Assembly: GCA_045636385.1 (NCBI GenBank)
Contig: JAZTXK010000044.1
Span: forward strand, 23,523 to 87,522
Source: Eubacteriales bacterium
GTDB lineage: Bacteria; Bacillota; Clostridia; Oscillospirales; CAG-272
Direction: 5' to 3'
DNA: 64,000 nucleotides
Shown here: positions 54,394 through 63,152 of the stretch, in pieces
Layout of the letters: each line of letters starts with the position of its first letter
Numbering within the stretch: position 1 is the first letter of the stretch
Position numbers and translations under genes: made by a program
Notes under the pieces: generated by a model
The model's database searches: none
What the model was told of the DNA's origin: nothing
Seen by the model: only the letters and a program-made list of their open reading frames with translations

Positions 54394-54993
54394 ATGTCCG
54401 AAAGTATAAAGTCGCTCGAGCTTCTTGCCGAACAGTTCGGCAAGCTCGGCGGTGTCGGCAAGCGCACGGCGATGCGTCTTGCCTTTTCGGTCGTTGATAT
54501 GACCGAGGCGGAGGCGGAGAGATTTGCCGAGGCGATACTTGAAGCCAAGCGCAATATCCATTGCTGTCCCGTCTGTCAGAATCTGACCGACCTCGAGGTC
54601 TGCCCGATCTGCTCCGACCTTTCGCGCGACCGCACCACCGTTTGCGTGGTTGCCGACACGCGTTCGCTTATGGCGATCGAGAAGGTGCGCGAGTACAGCG
54701 GCGTTTATCACGTGCTTCACGGAATGCTCTCGCCGATGCAGAACATCACGCCCGACGATATCAAGCTCCGCGAGCTTATCGAGCGCGTTGCAAGCGAGGA
54801 TGTCCGCGAGGTCATCATAGCCACCAACCCGACCACCGAGGGCGAGGCGACCGCGATGTATATCTCGCGCCTTCTCAAGCCCGCGGGAATCAAGGTGACG
54901 AGGATCGCGAACGGTATCCCCGTCGGCGGCGAGCTGGAGTTTGCGGATGCGCATACGCTTGCTTGTGCGTTTGATGGACGGAAAGAGTATTGA
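54394..54993 (+). CDS. recR: Recombination protein RecR
   Basis: HhH motif LGGVGKRTAMRLAF, zinc finger CPVCQNLTDLEVCPIC, and Toprim CVVADTRSLMAIE. Confidence 0.95.
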   Translation: MSESIKSLELLAEQFGKLGGVGKRTAMRLAFSVVDMTEAEAERFAEAILEAKRNIHCCPVCQNLTDLEVCPICSDLSRDRTTVCVVADTRSLMAIEKVREYSGVYHVLHGMLSPMQNITPDDIKLRELIERVASEDVREVIIATNPTTEGEATAMYISRLLKPAGIKVTRIANGIPVGGELEFADAHTLACAFDGRKEY

Positions 54994-55006
54994 TCAGAAA
55001 AAATCC

Positions 55007-55026
55007 GCGCTTTGGCGCGGATTTTT
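55007..55026 (+). terminator. Intrinsic terminator after recR
   Basis: Hairpin atccgcgc-tttg-gcgcggat followed by TTTTT. Confidence 0.75.
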
Positions 55027-55044
55027 ACGATTAAAAACAAATAT

Positions 55045-55090
55045 CTCGGGATTTGAAGAAGATTGGTCTTCTTCAAATCCCGAGTTTTTT
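55045..55090. terminator. Second long hairpin terminator between convergent genes
   Basis: An 18-bp stem, ctcgggatttgaagaaga/tcttcttcaaatcccgag, followed by TTTTTT. Confidence 0.75.
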
Positions 55091-55095
55091 GTTAG

Positions 55096-56067
55096 TTAAT
55101 CAAGTGTTATCAGCTCTTTGACGTTTGCGATGTCGCTCTGTTTGACGCTTATTGAAAAACTTTGGTATTTCATATCTGCAGTTCCGCCGCCTCCGGGCTC
55201 TACTGTTTTTACAACAACGTAAGCCTTATCTCCCGAGGTATATACGTTATTGACGCTCAGTTTTATTGATCCTGAGCCGCGTGTGATTATCCTTGTGACG
55301 ATCAGTGCATTCTCGGCAAAGAAGGCGTTGTCATAGAGATCTCTTTGTTTTTCAAGCAATTCCAAGTGATAATCGGTGTTATAACTGCTCTTCATCCGGT
55401 CAATATACCGATCGTATTCTTCCTTTGATCTGAATATAAGATCTGTGCTGTCCTGGGAAACGAGGATGGGCGAGAGCGCGGTGTATTCTATTGTCGCGGC
55501 ATCCTTGCAATGATATTCGATATTCGGGATATAAGCGAGGTTAAAGCCGCCCTCTACGCCTACGCTCAGCGTTTCAATCAAAGGATCTGCGTTTTTGATC
55601 TCTTCCATTTTATCGTAGAGTCCTTGCGTAAAATCCTCCATAGCAAACTTGAGCATTATCATTTTGATGGAGCTCAGCGGATTGATAACAGCATGAGGGA
55701 AGAGATTTTTCATATTGTGTTTTGCTATGAGGGAATCTGCGATATTTTTCTCTTTCAATGTGTAATAGCAGACGACAAATGGCTCGTCATCCGGTTCGTT
55801 AAAAAACAGTTTGTCGGGGTACTCCTTCCTTTTTTGATCGAGATAATTCTCTATTGATTTTTCCCAATCGAGGATAAACTGAGCAACGTCGATAGGTTCG
55901 TTATCTGTTTGTTGTGCGGTGTCGGGGATAAACTGAGTAGTTTCGGGAGTTTCATGGCGTGTTGGCTCATCGGTATGCTCCGCGGTTTCATCCGCGGTGC
56001 TGTCGTTGCAAGAAATGCAAGATAAGACGGTGAATATACACAAAAATAATAAAAACAGCCTTTTCAT
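55096..56067 (-). CDS. Hypothetical lipoprotein, low GC
   Basis: Signal peptide MKRLFLLFLCIFTVLSCISC. RBS GGAGGT is present. No family was recognised. GC is visibly lower than in the neighbours. Confidence 0.55.
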   Translation of the reverse strand: MKRLFLLFLCIFTVLSCISCNDSTADETAEHTDEPTRHETPETTQFIPDTAQQTDNEPIDVAQFILDWEKSIENYLDQKRKEYPDKLFFNEPDDEPFVVCYYTLKEKNIADSLIAKHNMKNLFPHAVINPLSSIKMIMLKFAMEDFTQGLYDKMEEIKNADPLIETLSVGVEGGFNLAYIPNIEYHCKDAATIEYTALSPILVSQDSTDLIFRSKEEYDRYIDRMKSSYNTDYHLELLEKQRDLYDNAFFAENALIVTRIITRGSGSIKLSVNNVYTSGDKAYVVVKTVEPGGGGTADMKYQSFSISVKQSDIANVKELITLD

Positions 56068-56111
56068 ATTTACCTCCGATTTTTGATGATTGATGTTGTT
56101 GTTCGCTGTAA

Positions 56112-57971
56112 TTACGGCTCAACGATATTATTGGTGATCGCCGTGCCAAGCGTATAGGGCAGCGGGAGCGTTACCGTATTGCCCTGCCAGCCGGCTACGT
56201 AGAGCTCGGCGTAGTTGGGGTTCTTGCCCTCGAGGAGGACGTGGTTGTATGTGTTGGCTTTAACGGTGGGGAAATAGTTTGCTCCGACGGGCCAGAGGAT
56301 TACCGAGGGCTTCATCAGCGAGTATGCGGACTGTGTTCCGCTGTTCGAGCCGCCTGTGCCGCCGCCGTGGTGCGCTACCTGAAGGATGTCGCACTTGAGC
56401 TCGGTCTTATACAAATTGTTGCAGATGTTGAAAGCGTGGCCTGTTGCGTCGCCCGTGATGATCGCGGTGGTCGATTTGCCCGACGCATCGGTAGTTATCG
56501 AGCGGAAGACGATCGAGGAGGTGTTGAATGCGTTTGCAACTGTGGGAAGGTAAGCGTCGAGGGTGTAGAGGATCTCGAACGCGGTGTCGCCGAACCACCA
56601 GACCTGTCCGATGTGGGGAACGACGTAGTCAACGCCGATTTCGCGCGCAACGCTTACGGTCTTGTTATAATTGACATATTTGCCGGTTGCGAAGCTCGAG
56701 GTAGTATTCTGCGCGGTATTGAATGCCGCTTCGGGCCAGAAGTTGCACATAATGCGCTCGAAATTGAATTTCGTGAACTGTCTGTACTCGTTCATCAGCG
56801 TGCCGAAGTGGTCGGTGTGGGGGTGCGAGATGATCCAAGCCGCGATGGTGATGTCTTTGTCGGTCTTGGCGTAGTCCTTCGACTGCTCGCGGAGTGCTTT
56901 GATTATATTGTTAGCGTAGATGCCGGAATTTCCGTGGTGTCCGCCGTCAACGATGACGAAGCTTCCGTCCGAGAGGCGGTAGATGATGCACATACCGTTC
57001 TGCTGATATTCGCCGCTGTAAATGCCCTCGACGCCGATCATAGATATCTGCGAGGTGGTTACGGGCGCGGCATCGCTCTTCTTGGTGGGGAGAGTTTTCT
57101 CCGCGAAGGGCTCGATGATAACTCGTACTTCCTTGAGGCTGTTGTAGTAGCCTGCGTTAACGGTGTATTTTTCGGTGTAGAGAACGGCAAACTGGCTGCC
57201 GACTATTTCGTTTGTGGAATACGTCTGATAGCCGATATCCGCAAGCTTTTTAAGGTAAGTGCTGTATTCATCGGGGGTCGTGTCCTTGATGATAACGCCG
57301 TAAGTGCCGTCGCCCATATCGGTGACGGAGGAGAACTTACCGCCCTCGTATGTGGGCAAGCTTGCCGTCATAGCATCGTTCTGCTTGACGAAATCGAGCT
57401 CCTCTGCGGGGATGGCAAGTGTCTTGGTGCCGTCAGCCTCGTCGGTAACCGACTTGCGGATAATTGCGATAAGATCGTTCATCGCCTTGGTGTAGCCCAT
57501 ATCGGTGTAGGAGAAGACTACGATTTTGTTGCCGACCGCCTTGACGGTGTATTCACCGTAGGTGAGATCCTTTGTAGCCTCAGCGGTTTCGGGATAATTG
57601 GTGTTGCCGAAAAGGATCTCGAGGGTCGAGCTATCGTGGCTTGCGCCGTCCTTTATCCAGTCGTCGCCGAGCTCGGGGGAAACGCCCGTGACGTTGTTTA
57701 TGATCTTTCTGATCTCGATAGCAGTCTTGACGGGCATATCGTCGGTCTTGAGGTTCGAGGGACGGACGATCTTTACGTTTGCAACTCCGCCCGAGACGAG
57801 AGTGTAAGTTGTCGGTGCAGAGGGAACGGACTCGGTTTCGGGTGCTTCGATTCCGTCAATGACCGCGGCGGTCGTTTCGTCCGCGTTTTCGTCGGGAGTG
57901 CATCCCACGAAGACGGAGAGGGTAAGCACAAGCGCAAAGAGGAGCGCAAGAAGCTTCAGATTGAATTTCAT
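56112..57971 (-). CDS. Lipoprotein: shared N-terminal module plus central domain plus ComEC-type MBL-fold metallo-hydrolase domain (paralog 3 of 3)
   Basis: Lipobox FVGC and a T/E/P/A linker. The module is YTLVSGGVANVKIVRP...AIEIRKIINNVTG...LEILFGNTNYPETAEA...AVGNKIVVFSY. The MBL motifs are ISHPHTDHFGT and VAHHGGGTGG. The start was set at the ATG preceded by AAGGA. Confidence 0.75.
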   Translation of the reverse strand: MKFNLKLLALLFALVLTLSVFVGCTPDENADETTAAVIDGIEAPETESVPSAPTTYTLVSGGVANVKIVRPSNLKTDDMPVKTAIEIRKIINNVTGVSPELGDDWIKDGASHDSSTLEILFGNTNYPETAEATKDLTYGEYTVKAVGNKIVVFSYTDMGYTKAMNDLIAIIRKSVTDEADGTKTLAIPAEELDFVKQNDAMTASLPTYEGGKFSSVTDMGDGTYGVIIKDTTPDEYSTYLKKLADIGYQTYSTNEIVGSQFAVLYTEKYTVNAGYYNSLKEVRVIIEPFAEKTLPTKKSDAAPVTTSQISMIGVEGIYSGEYQQNGMCIIYRLSDGSFVIVDGGHHGNSGIYANNIIKALREQSKDYAKTDKDITIAAWIISHPHTDHFGTLMNEYRQFTKFNFERIMCNFWPEAAFNTAQNTTSSFATGKYVNYNKTVSVAREIGVDYVVPHIGQVWWFGDTAFEILYTLDAYLPTVANAFNTSSIVFRSITTDASGKSTTAIITGDATGHAFNICNNLYKTELKCDILQVAHHGGGTGGSNSGTQSAYSLMKPSVILWPVGANYFPTVKANTYNHVLLEGKNPNYAELYVAGWQGNTVTLPLPYTLGTAITNNIVEP

Positions 57972-58003
57972 ATTATTTTTCCTTTCTGAAAATGGATTTT
58001 TGA

Positions 58004-59857
58004 TCAAGGTTCAAGAACGACCTTTTTCTCCGCCGTTCCGAGTGTGTAGGGGAGCGAGATCGTTACGCTGTTGCCCTGCCAGCCCGCAACGTAGAGCTCG
58101 GCGAAGTTGGGGTTTCTTGAGTCGTAGAGAACGTCGTTGTAGGTGTAGGTCTTGACCGTCGAGAAATGCTTATCTCCGACAGGCCAGAAGAGGACGGAGG
58201 GACTCATAAGCTCGTATGCCTTCTGTGTACCGCCGCTGTTACCGCTTGTTATCGAGCCGTGGTGCGCGAGCTGAACGACGTCGGATTTGAGTGCCTTGCC
58301 GAAGGTGTCGGCTATGATCTGCATCGTGTAGCCCGTCGCGTCGCCCGTGACCATAACGGTGTAATCCTTACCCGCGGCGTCGGTGGTTACGGTTCGGAAA
58401 ATGAGGGACGAGGTATTGAAGGTCGGGGTAGTGCGGGGAAGGAAGGATTCGAGCGTGTAAAGGAATTCAAACCTCGTTCCGCCGATCCACCAGACCTGAC
58501 CGACGTGGGGAACTATGTATTCCGCACCGAGCTTTTCGGCAATCGTGGGCGTTTGCGAATAGGTGGTGTATTTGCCGGGAGCGAACGTGTCCTTCGCGGC
58601 CTTGAAGGATTCAAAGGTTGCCTCGTCCCAGAAGTTAGCGAATACGCGCTCGACCTTGAACTTGGTAAACTGAGTATATGCCTTGACGAACGTGCCGAAG
58701 TGGTCGCTGTGCGGGTGAGTGATTATCCACGCGGCGATGCGGATATCTGCGTCGGATTTCGCGTAGTTCTTCGACTGCTCGCGCAGGGTGTTTATAATGT
58801 CGGTCGCCGATACAGTCGCGTCCTCCGAATGACCGCCGTCGACGATGACGAAGCTTCCGTCCGCGAGGCGGTAGATGAGGCAGAGGCCGTTGTTCTGATA
58901 CTCCGCGCCGATGAGGTTGTCAAGACCGATCATCGTAAGCAGGGGCGTGGTTACAGCTTTAACGTCGGTTTTCGCGAGAGGCAGAGTGTTTTCGCTGAAG
59001 GGCTCGATGACGATACGCACCTCTTCCTCGTTCTTATAAAATCCCGCGTTGACCGTGTATTTGTCGGTGTAAAGAGTGGAGAAAAGATTTCCCGCGAGTT
59101 CATTTGAACAATGAGTTTTGTAGCCGCCGTCCGCAAGCGCGGTAAGGTAGGACTTGTATTCGCTCTCGGCAGTTTCGCCGATGACGATGCAGTAGCATCC
59201 GTCACCCGCGTTTGAAACGGTGATGATCTTTCCGCCCGCGTAGAGAGGGAGAGAAGCAGTCATTTTCTCGACGGTGCCGACGATATTGAGCTTTTCGGCT
59301 TCGAGCGTGAGCGATTTCTGACCGCCCTCGTCAGTGATACTGCCGCGGAGCAGAGAAGTGAACTTTGCCAGCGCTTCCGCATATCCGACGTCGGTATAGG
59401 AGAATACGACGATCTTGTTTCCGACCGCGCGGATGGCGTAGTCGCCGTAGCCGATCGAAGCCATTACCTCGTGGCTTTCGGGGTGAGTGGTCGGACCGAC
59501 GAGGATCTCGAAGGTTTCCGCATTATGCTCCGCGCCCGCTGCGATCCAGTCGTCGCCGAGCTTGAGGGAGACGTCGGTGCGCTCCTTGATGAACTTTCTG
59601 ATCTCGACCGCTGTGGTGACCGCGATATGAGTCGAATCAAACTCCTCGGGACGGACTATCGAGAAAAGTCCTTCCTTGCCCGAGACGATATTGTACTCGC
59701 TCGGTGCGGGGGCTTCAGTCTCGGGTGTGGTTTCGGGAACCGTTTCGATGACCTCGGGCGCTGTTGTTTCGGCCTCGCCGCCACAGCTCATCAAATAGCA
59801 TGACAAGGTCAGCATCAGCGACAAGAATATCAGAATAATCTTTATATTGCTTTTCAT
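58004..59857 (-). CDS. Lipoprotein: shared N-terminal module plus central domain plus ComEC-type MBL-fold domain (paralog 2 of 3)
   Basis: Lipobox LMSC. The module is YNIVSGKEGLFSIVRP...AVEIRKFIKERTD...FEILVGPTTHPES...AVGNKIVVFSY. The MBL motifs are ITHPHSDHFGT and LAHHGS. The start was set at the ATG preceded by AAGGAGA. Confidence 0.75.
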   Translation of the reverse strand: MKSNIKIILIFLSLMLTLSCYLMSCGGEAETTAPEVIETVPETTPETEAPAPSEYNIVSGKEGLFSIVRPEEFDSTHIAVTTAVEIRKFIKERTDVSLKLGDDWIAAGAEHNAETFEILVGPTTHPESHEVMASIGYGDYAIRAVGNKIVVFSYTDVGYAEALAKFTSLLRGSITDEGGQKSLTLEAEKLNIVGTVEKMTASLPLYAGGKIITVSNAGDGCYCIVIGETAESEYKSYLTALADGGYKTHCSNELAGNLFSTLYTDKYTVNAGFYKNEEEVRIVIEPFSENTLPLAKTDVKAVTTPLLTMIGLDNLIGAEYQNNGLCLIYRLADGSFVIVDGGHSEDATVSATDIINTLREQSKNYAKSDADIRIAAWIITHPHSDHFGTFVKAYTQFTKFKVERVFANFWDEATFESFKAAKDTFAPGKYTTYSQTPTIAEKLGAEYIVPHVGQVWWIGGTRFEFLYTLESFLPRTTPTFNTSSLIFRTVTTDAAGKDYTVMVTGDATGYTMQIIADTFGKALKSDVVQLAHHGSITSGNSGGTQKAYELMSPSVLFWPVGDKHFSTVKTYTYNDVLYDSRNPNFAELYVAGWQGNSVTISLPYTLGTAEKKVVLEP

Positions 59858-59921
59858 CTTATTCTCCTTGAATAAAAGCATACACATATTTATTTTACCA
59901 CAAAAATGAAAAAAGGTCAAT

Positions 59922-59962
59922 AAAAAAGTTCTTCTTCGGGGTGCTGAAGAAGAACTTTTTTA
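59922..59962. terminator. Intrinsic terminator between MBL paralogs 1 and 2
   Basis: Hairpin aagttcttcttc/gaagaagaactt flanked by A6 and T6 runs. Two further small hairpins (aaatttgc/gcaaattt and cttcgcc/ggcgaa) lie at 59968-60020. Confidence 0.75.
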
Positions 59963-60041
59963 TTTTTATTGAAATTTGCCCGCAGCAAATTTCTTCCTTA
60001 ACTTCGCCGCAGGCGAAATGTCACTGCGAGAGCAGGGTGCC

Positions 60042-61907
60042 TCAGGGCTCAAGAACCTCGTTAAGTATTGCGGTGCCGAGAGTGTAGGGAAGCGGAAGTG
60101 TTACCGCGTTGCCCTGCCAGCCCGAAATGTAGAGCTCCTCGTAGTTGGGATTTCTATGGCTCGTAAGTACCTGATTGTATGCCTTTTTTGCTTTGTCGGC
60201 GTAATTGTGAGTGCCCGCCGGCCAAAGGATAACGTAGGGCCTCATATTGGCATAGGCTGTGGAGGTATGTGTGTCGGCGCCGCCGGTTCCCGCGCCGTGA
60301 TGCGCGACCTGAACGACGTCGGATGCCATTGACTTGCCGTACATTTTGTTGCAGATCTCAAATGCGTGTGCGGTTGCGTCGCCGGTGACCATTACCGTGG
60401 TCGACTTGCCCGAAGCATCGGTCGTAGTCGTGCGGATGACGAGCGAGCAGGTGTTGAAGCCGGTAGCGACGTTCGGCAGATAGCTTTCGATGGTGTAGAG
60501 GATCTCAAATGCTGTGTCGCCGTACCAGAATACCTGACCGACGTGGGGATTGATGAAGTCGGCGCCGATCTCCGCCGCTATGTCGCGGGATTTGAGGTAT
60601 CCTTTCCAGGTGCCCGAGGCAAAGCTCGCGCTTGCGTTTTTAGACTCCATAAAGTCTTCCTCGGTCCAGAAGCTGCACATAATGCTGTCAAAGGTAAAGG
60701 AGGTAAACTTCTTGTATTCCTTGAGGAACATTCCGTGGTGGTCGGTATGAGGATGAGTTATGATCCAGCAGGCGATGCGGATATCCTTGTCGGTCTTGGC
60801 GTAATCCTTTGACTGTTCGCGGAGCTCCTTGACGATCTGCGCGGCGTAGATGGCGGAGTTTTCGGCGTGGCCGCCGTCGATGACGATGAAGCTGCCGTCC
60901 GAGAGACGGTAGATTAAGCTCATTCCGTTATTCTGATAACTGCCGTTATATATTCCGTCAACGCCGAGCATGGTGATCTGTGACGTTGTGATGGGTGCGG
61001 CATCGGATTTCAGCGGTGCGAGGGTATCGTCCTCGTAGGGCTCTATGATGATGCGAGCCTCGCCGAGATTGTTGTAGTAGCCCGCATTTACCGTGAATTC
61101 CTCGGTGTAAACGGTGGCGAACAGCGAACCCGCGATATCGTTTGTCGCGTGGGTCTTGTAACCTTCCTCGGTAAGAGCGGTAAGATAATTCTTGTATTCC
61201 TCGGGTGTCGTATCCTTGATTATGATACCGAAGCATCCTTCGCTCATATCAAGTGCGGTAAATTCGGAGCCGCCGTCGTATACGGGAACGGCAGATGCCA
61301 GCTTCTCGAAGGTGAAAACGCTGTTCAGGTGCTCCGAGCTGACGGTGATATTGCTCGTACCGTCCGCGTTTTCGGCAACCGCGCTGTAAAGGAGCGACAC
61401 GAAGCGGTTGACGGCGTTCGTGTAACCCTCGTCGGCGTAGGAAAGAATGACTATCTTATTGCCAACGGCGATGATTCCGTAGTCGCCGTATCCGATATCC
61501 CCTGCCGCCTCGGCGGTTTCGGGATAAGCGGTCTGACCGATGAGTATTTCAAGGCTTTCGCTGTTGTAGCTCTCGCCGTCCTTGATGAAGTCGTCTCCGA
61601 CCTCAGCGGGGGATGTCATGAAGCGTTCGAGCCCCTTTCTGATATTGAGAGCAGCTTTTACCTCGGCGGAATCCGCGGGAAGATCTGCGGGGTAGACGAT
61701 TTTAAATAGCGCGTTACCGCCGATTACGAAATCGTATAATTTGGGTGCGGGAGCTTCGGTTTCGGGAGCTTCGGTGACGATCTGCTCTGTGGTATCGGGG
61801 GAAGCCGTGGTTTCTGCGGGAAGATCCTCCGCACAGCCATAGGCGAGGAGGGAGAGGATGCAGATAACCGAAAGCAGGATCAAAAGCTTTCTGATAGTTT
61901 TGTTCAT
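60042..61907 (-). CDS. Lipoprotein: shared N-terminal module plus central domain plus ComEC-type MBL-fold domain (paralog 1 of 3)
   Basis: Lipobox AYGC. The module is YDFVIGGNALFKIVYP...ALNIRKGLERFMT...LEILIGQTAYPETAEA...AVGNKIVILSY. The MBL motifs are ITHPHTDHHGM and VAHHGAGTGG. RBS AAGGAAG is present. Confidence 0.75.
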   Translation of the reverse strand: MNKTIRKLLILLSVICILSLLAYGCAEDLPAETTASPDTTEQIVTEAPETEAPAPKLYDFVIGGNALFKIVYPADLPADSAEVKAALNIRKGLERFMTSPAEVGDDFIKDGESYNSESLEILIGQTAYPETAEAAGDIGYGDYGIIAVGNKIVILSYADEGYTNAVNRFVSLLYSAVAENADGTSNITVSSEHLNSVFTFEKLASAVPVYDGGSEFTALDMSEGCFGIIIKDTTPEEYKNYLTALTEEGYKTHATNDIAGSLFATVYTEEFTVNAGYYNNLGEARIIIEPYEDDTLAPLKSDAAPITTSQITMLGVDGIYNGSYQNNGMSLIYRLSDGSFIVIDGGHAENSAIYAAQIVKELREQSKDYAKTDKDIRIACWIITHPHTDHHGMFLKEYKKFTSFTFDSIMCSFWTEEDFMESKNASASFASGTWKGYLKSRDIAAEIGADFINPHVGQVFWYGDTAFEILYTIESYLPNVATGFNTCSLVIRTTTTDASGKSTTVMVTGDATAHAFEICNKMYGKSMASDVVQVAHHGAGTGGADTHTSTAYANMRPYVILWPAGTHNYADKAKKAYNQVLTSHRNPNYEELYISGWQGNAVTLPLPYTLGTAILNEVLEP

Positions 61908-62064
61908 AATAAACTTCCTTCTTGAATTGATACCGATATTTTATCACATTTGCAATTTAAAGTCAACGAATAATTAAATTTTTTTCAAAAAAGTGGTGAC
62001 AAGCGGAGGATTTTGTGATAAAATATAGGCAGAACAAAAATCCTAACAAAAGGAGAAATAAAAA

Positions 62065-62916
62065 ATGGCATTCAATCTTATGAAAGACGCTTCCGAGCGC
62101 ATTATCGTTGCCGCACACCGCGGCGAGTGCGGAGGTAACATCCCCTGCAACACTATGGCTGCATACGAGATCGCAGTTCGCCACGGCGCGGATATGATCG
62201 AGGTCGACCTCAACAAGTCCGCTGACGGCACTCTCTGGATCCTCCACCCCAAGATGGAGTATCGCCATCTCAACTACCTCGGCACCGAGGGTAAGGTATC
62301 CCTTCCCCAACTTACCGACGAGGAGATCCGCAAGCTCCGCTACGTTAACTACGACCGCGACTACACCCAGTTCGGTCTTTGCACCTTTGACGAGGTTCTC
62401 GACACCTTCAAGGACAGATGCTACATAAACGTCGACAAGTTCTGGGAGCATCCCAAGGAGATCTCCGACGCTATCCGCGCGCACGGAATGCTCGATCAGA
62501 TCGTCGTTAAGTCCTCCCCCAAGACCGAGATCCTCGATATCGTTGAGGAATACGCTCCCGAGGTTTACTACCTCCCGATCGTAAAGAAGGACGAGGGCAT
62601 CCACGAGGAAATGATGCGCCGCAATATCAACTACGTTGGTTGTGAGGTCGTATTCACCGATGAAAACGAGGGCGTTGGCTCTACCGCATTTATCGACAAG
62701 CTCCACGCTGATAACAAGCTCGTTTGGGCGAACGCTATCATTTATAACTACAAGGCACAGCTTGCGGCAGGTCACTCTGATGATTCCTCCTTCACCGTCT
62801 CTCCCGATTACGGATGGGGCTGGCTTGCTGACCGCGGTTACGATATCATCCAGACCGACTGGACTCTCGCTATGTGCACCTACCTCAACGAGACCGGCAA
62901 GAGATTCAAGAAGTAA
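62065..62916 (+). CDS. Cytoplasmic glycerophosphodiester phosphodiesterase family protein
   Basis: AAHRGECGGNIPCNTMAAYEIAVRHGADMIEVDLNKSADGTLWILHP. RBS AAAGGAGA is present and there is no signal peptide. Confidence 0.8.
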   Translation: MAFNLMKDASERIIVAAHRGECGGNIPCNTMAAYEIAVRHGADMIEVDLNKSADGTLWILHPKMEYRHLNYLGTEGKVSLPQLTDEEIRKLRYVNYDRDYTQFGLCTFDEVLDTFKDRCYINVDKFWEHPKEISDAIRAHGMLDQIVVKSSPKTEILDIVEEYAPEVYYLPIVKKDEGIHEEMMRRNINYVGCEVVFTDENEGVGSTAFIDKLHADNKLVWANAIIYNYKAQLAAGHSDDSSFTVSPDYGWGWLADRGYDIIQTDWTLAMCTYLNETGKRFKK

Positions 62917-63122
62917 TGCCCGCAAAGATTCAGCTTAATCCCGATGCGGAGATGGTAAAGATCGTCCGCGAGGGACTTAAACAGAGGGGCGGCTACTGCC
63001 CCTGCCGCCGTGAGCAGAGTGAGGATACCAAATGTATCTGCCGCGAGTTCCGCGAGCAGATGGAGGATCCTGAATTCGAGGGCTTCTGCCACTGTATGCT
63101 CTATTACAAGCCGAAAGGATAA
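62916..63122 (+). CDS. Ferredoxin-thioredoxin reductase catalytic-subunit-like small Cys-rich protein
   Basis: 68 aa with the CPC...CxC...CHC cysteine pattern (GGYCPCRREQSEDTKCICREF...FCHCMLYY). The start is the ATG in a TAATG overlap with the upstream stop. Confidence 0.6.
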   Translation: MPAKIQLNPDAEMVKIVREGLKQRGGYCPCRREQSEDTKCICREFREQMEDPEFEGFCHCMLYYKPKG

Positions 63123-63152
63123 AAACAAAATACAGGAAAGGAATCATCCGAA

